A DNA stretch of 64,000 nt from IMG/VR virus record IMGVR_UViG_3300036760_001538, positions 2,556 to 66,555 of that record. One strand, given 5' to 3'. The position numbers and the translations under genes were made by a program. The notes under the pieces are model-generated. The model had not been told where the DNA came from. It saw only the letters and a program-made list of their open reading frames with translations, and searched no databases. This document shows positions 8,304 through 16,095 of the stretch, piece after piece (position 1 is the first letter of the stretch; each line of letters begins with the position of its first letter). The stretch is from a virus.

Positions 8304-11300
8304 GCAACGTCAAGGACTACTATCGGCAGGTCACGGAGGTGGATATCGGGGAGATCGCCCGCGAACTCCTCGGCGCACGTGTCGTGCATGAGAGCGCGCG
8401 ACTGCTCGAGGCCGACTGCCCGCACCACCAGAGCCAGTCGAAGCGCTCGCTTCACATCATGCTGGACAAGCAGGGATGGTACTGCTTCGGGTGCGGCCTG
8501 GGCGGCGACGTGCTCCAGTTGGTGGAGTTCGTGCGCTCCGGCCAGGTGACACGCGGCCAGTCGGGTTCCATGCCCGAGAGCCACCGCCAGGCACGGGACT
8601 TCCTGGCCGCAAAGGTAGGGCTGCCGCCGCTGGCCCAGCACGGCATGACACCTGCCCAGGTCGCGGAAGTCGAGGCGGCCCGCGCCTTCGAGCTACGGGT
8701 ACAGGAAGCGCTGACCGAACTTGCTCGCTACTACCACGCACGGCTGAAGGCCACCCCCCAGGCCCTGGAATGGTTGCAGTCACGCTACCGGATCGCTGCC
8801 GAGACCGTAGATCACCTGCTGATCGGGTTCTCGGCCAACGACCCCTGGCGTGAGGGAGACGAGGAGCGGCCCGGGGTACTCTCCTGCCTGACCAAGGAAC
8901 CACATGACTTCACGCCACGCGAGTTGGCAGCAACCGGGGCATTCCGCCCCACCTCACAGGATGGGCTGACGCCGTTCTTCGAAGGCAGGATCATCTTCCC
9001 CTACTGGAAGAGCGGGCGCGTGGTGTTCCTGATCGGCCGGCGCACGCCGTGGACTCCCGATCAGCCCTGGGAGCAAGGCAAGTATAAGAAGCTCCCCGTG
9101 CACGACGACCAAGCTCGCCGGCACATCGCTCCCTGCATCAACAACTCCGTCCTCTACAACGAGGACTGCCTGCTCACACGGCCGGAGCGAGTCATCATCA
9201 CCGAGGGGGTGACCGACTGTATCTCGCTCATGGAGGCCGGCTTCCCGACGCTCTCGCCGGTCACGGTCAACATCCGCGAGGCCGACTGGGAGCGGCTGTT
9301 GCCGAAGATCGCGGGCGTGAAGACGGTCTACATCTGCCAGGACAACGAGGTCTCGCAGGCAGGGATAAACGGGGCGCTGCGCACCGCGCGGGTGCTGAAC
9401 GAGCATGGCATTGACACGCGGGTAGTCATCCTGCCGTTGGAGGAGAAGCACCGGAAGGCCCGCCAGGAACTGGCCGACCGCTTCGAACTGGAGGCCGCCG
9501 TCGGCCCGCGCGAGCTGGCAAAGCGATTGGAGGGACGGTCACAGGAGGAGATCGCCGAAGCCGAGCGTCTGCTCTCGGAAGCCAAGTTCGATGTGAACGA
9601 GTATTTCGCCGCCGGCCACAGCGCAGAAGAGTTCGAGGCCCTGATCGCCAGGGCGCAGACGCCGCTTGAGTTCGCCATCTCGCGCCTGCCCAGGGATTCC
9701 CCAGAGGAGGAACGCAACCGGCTGCTGGAACCCATCCTTCACGACATCGCTGCGCTCGCGCCCCTGGAGCAGAACCGTTACCTGAAACTGGCGCAGGAGC
9801 ACTTCGGAAAGGACGCGCTGCCCCTGGCGGCCGTCCGGGAGCAGGTGCGTGCCATTCAGAAGCAGCGGCGCGCCCATGCCCGCGAACGGCGTCGCCGGGA
9901 GAAGCGCCAGTCGGATGCTCCCGAGGGATCATGCCGCGCCTGTGTCGAGCAGGTGCTGCTGGCCACGGAGGAGGAAAGCGGCGCGCCCGACTGGGCCCGG
10001 GCCGCGGAGGCGGGCTACACCTGGTTCGCGGAACACGGCGCCCGCTTCTTTCGCACCCTGGCCGGGGAGCCGTTCCTGTTCTTCGAGGAGACCATCTACT
10101 GGATGGACTCCTCCGACCGGGGCCGGCGGCGGCTCTTCAATGCCCTGATCTACAAGCACACCGGCCTGGTGCACACCACCAATGGCGGGCGCACCTTCTA
10201 CGAGGTGCTCGCCAACCTCGCCGTCCAACGCGGCGAGCTGCGCGACCATTTCACTTGGCTGCACACGGATGTCAGTCGTTGCGCTGTCTACTTCAACCTG
10301 AATAACCCGGAGCACGAGATCGCGAAGATCTCGCCGGCGGGCGTGGAGATACTCAGGAACGGCGGAAACGACGACGGCATCATCCTGGAGGGGTCGCGCA
10401 AGATACAGCCCATCCGCTACCTACCCGAGGCCGACCTGGAGCAGGCCGACCGCCTGCTCGTGGAACTGATCGTTGACAACCTGACCTGTCCCTCCGGCGA
10501 CCGCTTCCTGATCCTCTCCTGGCTCTCGTGTTTCCTGCTCATGGACTTCGCCGGCACCCGCCCCATGACTCGCTTCGAGGGGCCGACAGGCTCAGGCAAG
10601 ACCACCGCCAGCAAGCTGATCTCGGCGCTGCTCTACGGCGAGCCGCAGCAGAAGAAGAGCACCGACGCCGCCAACTACAGCGACGGCTCCCAGAACCCGC
10701 TGATCGTCCTCGACAACATCGAGGCCAGGCAAATGACGGAGGACCTCACGACCTTCATGCTGACCTCGATCACCGGCATCGCCAAGGAGAAGCGAAAGTC
10801 CGGCACCGACTCCGAGACGGTCATCGAGCGCACGAAGTGCCTGCTCAACACCACCGGCATCGAGCCCCTGGGCGGCGAGCTGGCCGAGATCCTCTCCCGC
10901 TCGTTCATCATCCGCTTCGACATGGACGAGGAGGCCCAGGACTGCTTCCTCGAGTCCCAGGTATTGGCTCGCATCCGCGAGAACCGGGATCTCCTGCTGT
11001 CGGCCTTGATGAAGCGAACCAGCCAGGCACTGGCGATGATCCGAGACGGGGCGCAGGAGCGGGTCATGCGCCTGCTGCACGCCTCTCTGGGCAACCACAA
11101 CAAGCGCCGCTGCAACGACTACCTGAGCCTGATGTACCTGATGCTGCTGGCGGGCGGAGACGAGGAGACGGTATCGGCCGGGCTGGAAGCCGTCCACCCG
11201 CGCTTCCTGGAGCAGATCGGCTCCCTGAACATCACCACCCAGGAGACCGCTCGCGAGTCCAATCCGATCGCCACCGCGCTGAACAGCCTGTTTCGCGCCT

Positions 11301-11617
11301 ACCGGCAGGCGCTGGAGGCCGACCGCAATTCCACCGCCGACCACGTGGTCAAGTCGAACAAGGACGCCTTCCTGGAGCGCTACCAGATCGAGTTCGAGGA
11401 AGAGGACGCGATCGGCGGAGTACTGGGGCGCGACCTGTTCGTGGCGCTGCGGCGAGTGGCGAAGGAGTTCAACCTGTCCTTCCAGATGACCTCGGTGCAG
11501 CAGTTCGCCCAGCGTTTCAGCAACGATCTGGCTGCGATCCGGGAAGGCGGCTTCGAGATCACCATCAACGAGCTGCGCAGCCGCGGGCGCACCTACGATA
11601 TCCGGCGCTCACAGTAG
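8300..11617 (+). CDS. DNA primase (Zn finger + TOPRIM) fused to a C-terminal P-loop ATPase/helicase
   Basis: CPHH...CFGC Zn finger, ITEGVTD and CQDNE TOPRIM, GPTGSGKT Walker A, VLDN Walker B. Confidence 0.88.
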   Translation: MSNVKDYYRQVTEVDIGEIARELLGARVVHESARLLEADCPHHQSQSKRSLHIMLDKQGWYCFGCGLGGDVLQLVEFVRSGQVTRGQSGSMPESHRQARDFLAAKVGLPPLAQHGMTPAQVAEVEAARAFELRVQEALTELARYYHARLKATPQALEWLQSRYRIAAETVDHLLIGFSANDPWREGDEERPGVLSCLTKEPHDFTPRELAATGAFRPTSQDGLTPFFEGRIIFPYWKSGRVVFLIGRRTPWTPDQPWEQGKYKKLPVHDDQARRHIAPCINNSVLYNEDCLLTRPERVIITEGVTDCISLMEAGFPTLSPVTVNIREADWERLLPKIAGVKTVYICQDNEVSQAGINGALRTARVLNEHGIDTRVVILPLEEKHRKARQELADRFELEAAVGPRELAKRLEGRSQEEIAEAERLLSEAKFDVNEYFAAGHSAEEFEALIARAQTPLEFAISRLPRDSPEEERNRLLEPILHDIAALAPLEQNRYLKLAQEHFGKDALPLAAVREQVRAIQKQRRAHARERRRREKRQSDAPEGSCRACVEQVLLATEEESGAPDWARAAEAGYTWFAEHGARFFRTLAGEPFLFFEETIYWMDSSDRGRRRLFNALIYKHTGLVHTTNGGRTFYEVLANLAVQRGELRDHFTWLHTDVSRCAVYFNLNNPEHEIAKISPAGVEILRNGGNDDGIILEGSRKIQPIRYLPEADLEQADRLLVELIVDNLTCPSGDRFLILSWLSCFLLMDFAGTRPMTRFEGPTGSGKTTASKLISALLYGEPQQKKSTDAANYSDGSQNPLIVLDNIEARQMTEDLTTFMLTSITGIAKEKRKSGTDSETVIERTKCLLNTTGIEPLGGELAEILSRSFIIRFDMDEEAQDCFLESQVLARIRENRDLLLSALMKRTSQALAMIRDGAQERVMRLLHASLGNHNKRRCNDYLSLMYLMLLAGGDEETVSAGLEAVHPRFLEQIGSLNITTQETARESNPIATALNSLFRAYRQALEADRNSTADHVVKSNKDAFLERYQIEFEEEDAIGGVLGRDLFVALRRVAKEFNLSFQMTSVQQFAQRFSNDLAAIREGGFEITINELRSRGRTYDIRRSQ

Positions 11618-11658
11618 CCCCGCTTCCGTATCTCTGCGCCCACCCCGACCTGCCTCGT

Positions 11659-11895
11659 GGTGAAAGGGGTGAGGTGAAAGGTCGGAAACAACACCCCCCT
11701 CTAGCGAAAAAGAAAAAACATGCATGGTCGGCCCGGCGCGTGTTTTTTCTCGGCCTATTATAGACACACATTTCCTACTTACCCTTTCACCCTTTCACCA
11801 AAAATCAAATCAATCAATCAAATCAAGGCAGGAAGCCCGGTGAAAGGCGTCGGTGAAAGGTCTGTGAAAGGTCTCTGACCCGTCACCCTTTCACC
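11659..11895. repeat. Iteron-like repeats flanking an AT-rich tract; putative replication origin
   Basis: (G)GTGAAAGG at 11659, 11673, 11839, 11852, 11864; inverse CCTTTCACC at 11783, 11791, 11887; AATC-repeat tract at 11800-11826. Confidence 0.7.
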
Positions 11896-11906
11896 TTCTT
11901 CGGTTA

Positions 11907-11938
11907 CCGACACTTCGCGCGTTCCTCCGGTAAGTAAC
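11907..11938 (+). promoter_or_regulatory. Bipartite motif copy 2 (putative phage-sigma promoter)
   Basis: CCGACACTT-CGCGCGTTC-CTCCGGTAAGTAAC. Confidence 0.7.
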
Positions 11939-11969
11939 CTCTGGAACCCGATTATCGGAGGATTACCCC

Positions 11970-12833
11970 TTGTCACTGCTTCACGCGATGCTCCGTCATG
12001 ATGAGAGGTTCGGGGAGCCGGGGGTGACTGGATCTTCTCCTCCGCCCCCTGGCAACGCGCTGGCTGGGGCGGGCGCCGGACTGCCAGCCGAGGCCGGCTC
12101 TTCGGCCTCCGCCCTCTACGTGGCTACCAGCCTGGAGACCTGGGAGACCTGCACACCGGAGCCCGACCAAGACGCGATCTGCGAGCCCCGTGGGTTCAGA
12201 CGGCTCGACCCGGAGTACTATGCCTGGCTGCGCTCCAGGATGGCACTGGCGCAGAAGCGCTACCAGGCCGGGCGACTACCCCAACGGCAGTATGACGAGC
12301 TGCGCACCCGCTTCAATGGCGTTCATGTCTGGGCGGTCGAGCGGTTCGGGGAGCCGGTGCTCCTGGAGGCGGTGCGGACCCTCGATCCACGGGCCTACCA
12401 TCCTCCTGCTGTCAAGGACGCAGAGGAAGGCGACTCGTCAGACGTGGTGGAGGCGCCGCCGCCTGCCCACCTCTACCCTGCCCACGGAGACTGGCGCTTC
12501 ACGGAGCCCGTACCACCCGAAGCAGTCGCCAAGGCTAACGCCGTCCGCGAGCAAGCCTTGGCAGCCGGCTGGTCAGAAGCCCAACTGTACCAGAACCGCG
12601 GGCGCTACAGCTTTCCCTGCGGCCAGGACTATGGCCTGGTCTGCTTCCTCCACGGTGATGACCAGGTAGGTGAGATCACCCACCAGTCCATCGAGATTAT
12701 CAACGCAAGGGGCAGCCGGCTGCGGTTTTACAACCCCAATGTCGACCAGCCCTGGCTTCATCACGTGGGAATCTCTGAAGCCACAGCAAGCCGGCCCGAC
12801 ACTTTGACGACTGCTCCGGTAAGTAACTACTGA
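11970..12833 (+). CDS. Hypothetical phage protein
   Basis: TTG start with GGAGGA RBS, downstream of motif copy 2; 287 aa. Confidence 0.65.
   Translation: MSLLHAMLRHDERFGEPGVTGSSPPPPGNALAGAGAGLPAEAGSSASALYVATSLETWETCTPEPDQDAICEPRGFRRLDPEYYAWLRSRMALAQKRYQAGRLPQRQYDELRTRFNGVHVWAVERFGEPVLLEAVRTLDPRAYHPPAVKDAEEGDSSDVVEAPPPAHLYPAHGDWRFTEPVPPEAVAKANAVREQALAAGWSEAQLYQNRGRYSFPCGQDYGLVCFLHGDDQVGEITHQSIEIINARGSRLRFYNPNVDQPWLHHVGISEATASRPDTLTTAPVSNY
12796..12827 (+). promoter_or_regulatory. Bipartite motif copy 3 (putative phage-sigma promoter)
   Basis: CCGACACTT-TGACGACTG-CTCCGGTAAGTAAC. Confidence 0.7.
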
Positions 12834-12895
12834 GGAACCCAGAGCGAATGCTGGCCAGTCTTCAACACGACAACGAGACGGCGACGCAGGGATGG

Positions 12896-13336
12896 TTAGC
12901 GCACGGGGGAGCGATACTTCTCCTCCAGGATGCGCACGCCCATGGTCTGCTCGAAGAGCTCGACCACCTTGAGCCGCTCCTCGAGTCCCCTGGTGTCGTC
13001 CTCGCTGCGCGGGAAGGCGGGGTGCAATGCGGAGCCGGCCGGCTTCCAGGTGGGGTGGCTGACCGCGTACTGGAAGGCGCGGTTGATGGCGCGGGCGCGC
13101 TCAGAGGCAGCCGCCTCTCCAGAGAGCGCGTCTTCAGAGACGAAGTAGTCGAGCGGCTTCGCCACCAGGCGGGCGAAAGAGATGAGCGCCTCCAGGTTGA
13201 TGCGGGCCAGGCCGTTCGTCCACTGCCGCACCGCCCCGCCGGTCACTCCCAAATGGTGGGCCACCTGGTCGCTGGTGAGGCGGGCGTCACTCATCGCCGC
13301 CTTCATCCGCTCGCCGATCCGCTTGTAGGTTTCCAT
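12896..13336 (-). CDS. Second XRE-family HTH repressor
   Basis: IGERMKAAM...LTSDQVAHHLGVTGGAVRQWTNG...INLEALISFARLV; divergent from the 13586 operon. Confidence 0.8.
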   Translation of the reverse strand: METYKRIGERMKAAMSDARLTSDQVAHHLGVTGGAVRQWTNGLARINLEALISFARLVAKPLDYFVSEDALSGEAAASERARAINRAFQYAVSHPTWKPAGSALHPAFPRSEDDTRGLEERLKVVELFEQTMGVRILEEKYRSPVR

Positions 13337-13585
13337 GCTTCGCGTCCTTTCGAGACGATTGCGCTCGCCATATTAGCGCAAGATGCCCGATTTGGCAAGG
13401 TAGCGCCTGAAGATTCTTCGCCCCTGGCCTTGACTGTTGCGCCCTTTCGAGGAAACATTCACGTAACGGCTGCGAGCGCCGCTCCAGCCGAAATCAAAGC
13501 CGGAAGGGCGTTAGAAATCGTGGCAGAACCGCTCGCTGAGGACACATTCGCAGCCTGCCCTCCGGCGGAAAGAGGAGGTCATGCT

Positions 13586-14875
13586 GTGAGTACCACTCTC
13601 ACACCTGCTCCCAGCCAAATGGCGAGCAGGCAAGAACCCATGGGGGAGAACGGCCGCGCCGAAGGACGGGCAAGCCTGGACCTGTCGAGCTATGACTCGC
13701 AGGCCTACAACATCCTCTCCCCTGTCCTCCGACTGGACACGGCCGCTCCCTACCTGCGCTTCCGCGCAGTGGAGGTGCGGCTCGACCCCGATGCAAACCG
13801 GGGCGACTGCTATGCTGCGCCGGGCACGAAGTGGACGAGGGATCGCCGCACCGGCGAACTGCTGCCCACCCACGTGTCCCCGGCCAAACCTGGCCTGCTG
13901 AAGATTGCCTCAGCAACCGGGTTGGTCATTGACCCCCACAACTCCCGCCGCATCAAGCCGGATGCGTGCGAGCGCTGCATCGACATGGCTCGCGCCACCG
14001 GCCAGGCGGTGCGGTGCGGAGACTGTCCCTCCCGCTATGACGTCGCCTACCAGCAAATCGGTGCGGTGCGCACCGACACCGGCTGGCGCATCGTCAAGGC
14101 TTCCTACGAGTGGAACCTCGACGCGCAGCGGCGCAAGATTGTCCGCGAGGGGAAGAAGCGACTGGCCAAGGCCCAGGAGGAGGGTAAGTCCTTTGACCTG
14201 GAGGGCTATGTTGAAGACCGCGTCGACCAGGTCATCACTGAGCGATACGGTCTCGCCGAGACCAAATCGCTGCTGCGGTTAGTGCGCGCGATCTGTCACC
14301 TGCGGCAAGCCTACTTGCGGGAGGAGATGGCTCGCCCCTTCGTGGTGGTGCGCACCGAACTCGCGCCCGACTTCGCTGACCCTGCGGTGCGCCAGGCGCT
14401 GGCCCAGAAGGCCCTTGCCAGCGGCGCGGAGATCTTCGGCCCGGCGCACGAAGAGGCACCCGCGGCAGCGCTGCGCGCTGCTGCCGTGGACGCCCAGGTC
14501 GTGGAGCAACTGGCCAGCGAGCCGGACTTCACGGATGCCGAGGCCAAAGCAGAAGAAGCGACGGCTCCTGTAGATGACGAGCCGGCCCCCGACAACGGAC
14601 AGACGCACGTCACAGACAACGGGCCAACCGCTTCTGCTGATTCGCCGGTGGCAGATCCGCCAGCCGAGGAATCCTCTGCTGACCACGAGTCAGGCGAGAC
14701 CCCCGAAGAGGAATCGGACGCTGTCCGCTGCGACGACTGCAACGCGGCCTTGCCTGCGAACGTGGTCGCCTACTGCCAAAGCGCCAAAGGCCGAGAGGCC
14801 TTCGGCGGTGCGAACTACTGCTTCAAGTGCCAGAACAAGCGTCGCGGCAAGGGCGAGAGAGGTGACGCGCGATGA
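13586..14875 (+). CDS. Putative recombination/ssDNA-annealing protein with acidic linker and C-terminal Zn ribbon
   Basis: GTG 13586 with GAGGAGG RBS; KPGLLKIA..., AETKSLLRLVR; CDDC...CFKC tail; upstream of SbcDC. Confidence 0.55.
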   Translation: MSTTLTPAPSQMASRQEPMGENGRAEGRASLDLSSYDSQAYNILSPVLRLDTAAPYLRFRAVEVRLDPDANRGDCYAAPGTKWTRDRRTGELLPTHVSPAKPGLLKIASATGLVIDPHNSRRIKPDACERCIDMARATGQAVRCGDCPSRYDVAYQQIGAVRTDTGWRIVKASYEWNLDAQRRKIVREGKKRLAKAQEEGKSFDLEGYVEDRVDQVITERYGLAETKSLLRLVRAICHLRQAYLREEMARPFVVVRTELAPDFADPAVRQALAQKALASGAEIFGPAHEEAPAAALRAAAVDAQVVEQLASEPDFTDAEAKAEEATAPVDDEPAPDNGQTHVTDNGPTASADSPVADPPAEESSADHESGETPEEESDAVRCDDCNAALPANVVAYCQSAKGREAFGGANYCFKCQNKRRGKGERGDAR

Positions 14876-16095
14876 AGCTCGTTCACACCGCGGACTGGCA
14901 CCTCTCCTCGCAACGTAGCAGGCTCGACGTCGAGACTGGCCTGAACGCGAGGCTCATGGACTTCTACCGCTGCGCGCGGTTCACCGTCGAGGATGGTCTC
15001 GCTCGGGGGGCGCAGGCGATCCTTCACGCCGGCGATGCGTTTCACGGCTGTCGGCCCACGCCCACGGAAGTGCGGCTCTTCCGCGAGGCGGTCGGGCCGG
15101 CCCTGGAGGCCGGGGTGCCCGTGGTGCTGTTGCTTGGCAACCACGACGCACCCCGGTCTCCGGTGGAACAGCATGCCCTCGACCTGCTGCGGGAGACCGA
15201 GGGGCTGGCAGTAATCGACCAGCCAACGCTGCTGTTCTTCCAGCATCTTGAGACCGAACAGCGCGACTTCTTGCGGTCGTGCACGGCGAAGCAGGCTGAC
15301 CTTCAGATCGCGTGCGTGCCCTGGCCCAACAAGCAGCTGCTGCTTGCGAGTGAAGAGAACCGCAAACTCGACCCGGGCCAGCTCAACGAGCTGGTGCGGG
15401 AGAAGATGATGGACTGCCTGCGGGGACTGGCCGCGCAGCTCACTCCTGGCATTCCCGCGATACTGCTGGGCCACTTCTCGGTCGACCTGGCGCAGGCGGG
15501 CGGCCAGAACCGACTCATGATGCTCGGAGGGGAATGGACGCTGAACGCCCACGAGATAGCCGCCCTCCCCTTCTGCTACTTCGCTCTCGGCCATATCCAC
15601 AAGCCACAAATGGTCGGCGGGCTGCCGCACGTCTGGTACTGCGGCTCGCCCGAAGCGGTCACCTTCGGAGAGGAGGGAGAGGAGAAAGGCTATCACCTTG
15701 TGTCCCTCGAGCCCGCGGGCATCGGGGATATCAAACGCATCAGCACGCCCTACCGGCGATTCGTCACCGTGGAACTCGGCGACGGCGCGGCCCTGCCGGC
15801 GGCAGATGAACTGGCCGGCGCAATCGTGCGGGTGCGGATTCCGCAGGCCAATGACGTGGACTTCAATGCTCTCCGCCGCGATCTCGAAGCAGCCGGTGTG
15901 CACGAATACCAGGTCGAGACTGAGCGTGCTGAGGCTGTGCGCCGCAGGGCCGTTGAGGTTTCGTCCGAGATGGCGCTGGAGGATGCGCTCAAGGCCTGGC
16001 TCGAGCAGCGCCCCGACCTTCAACCGATGACGGAGGCTCTCATTGCCGAAGCGCGCACCGTGGAGCAGGCGCTGCAAGAAGGAGGTGCCGCATGA
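14872..16095 (+). CDS. sbcD: SbcD/Mre11-like metallophosphoesterase nuclease
   Basis: HTADWH, AGD, LGNHD and ALGHIH motifs. Confidence 0.9.
   Translation: MKLVHTADWHLSSQRSRLDVETGLNARLMDFYRCARFTVEDGLARGAQAILHAGDAFHGCRPTPTEVRLFREAVGPALEAGVPVVLLLGNHDAPRSPVEQHALDLLRETEGLAVIDQPTLLFFQHLETEQRDFLRSCTAKQADLQIACVPWPNKQLLLASEENRKLDPGQLNELVREKMMDCLRGLAAQLTPGIPAILLGHFSVDLAQAGGQNRLMMLGGEWTLNAHEIAALPFCYFALGHIHKPQMVGGLPHVWYCGSPEAVTFGEEGEEKGYHLVSLEPAGIGDIKRISTPYRRFVTVELGDGAALPAADELAGAIVRVRIPQANDVDFNALRRDLEAAGVHEYQVETERAEAVRRRAVEVSSEMALEDALKAWLEQRPDLQPMTEALIAEARTVEQALQEGGAA

Noticed and set aside
10528-11763. 411-aa alternative-frame ORF inside the primase
   Set aside because: Arg/Pro/Gly-rich off-frame translation typical of high GC3
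11800-11826. AATC tandem repeat as a CRISPR array or contingency locus
   Set aside because: Too short, no spacers, intergenic; better explained as the AT-rich part of the origin. No CRISPR array seen in the window
12848-13585. N-terminal part of the 675-aa + ORF
   Set aside because: Antisense to the XRE gene in the same codon register, which often stays open in GC-rich DNA; a strong GAGGAGG RBS precedes GTG 13586
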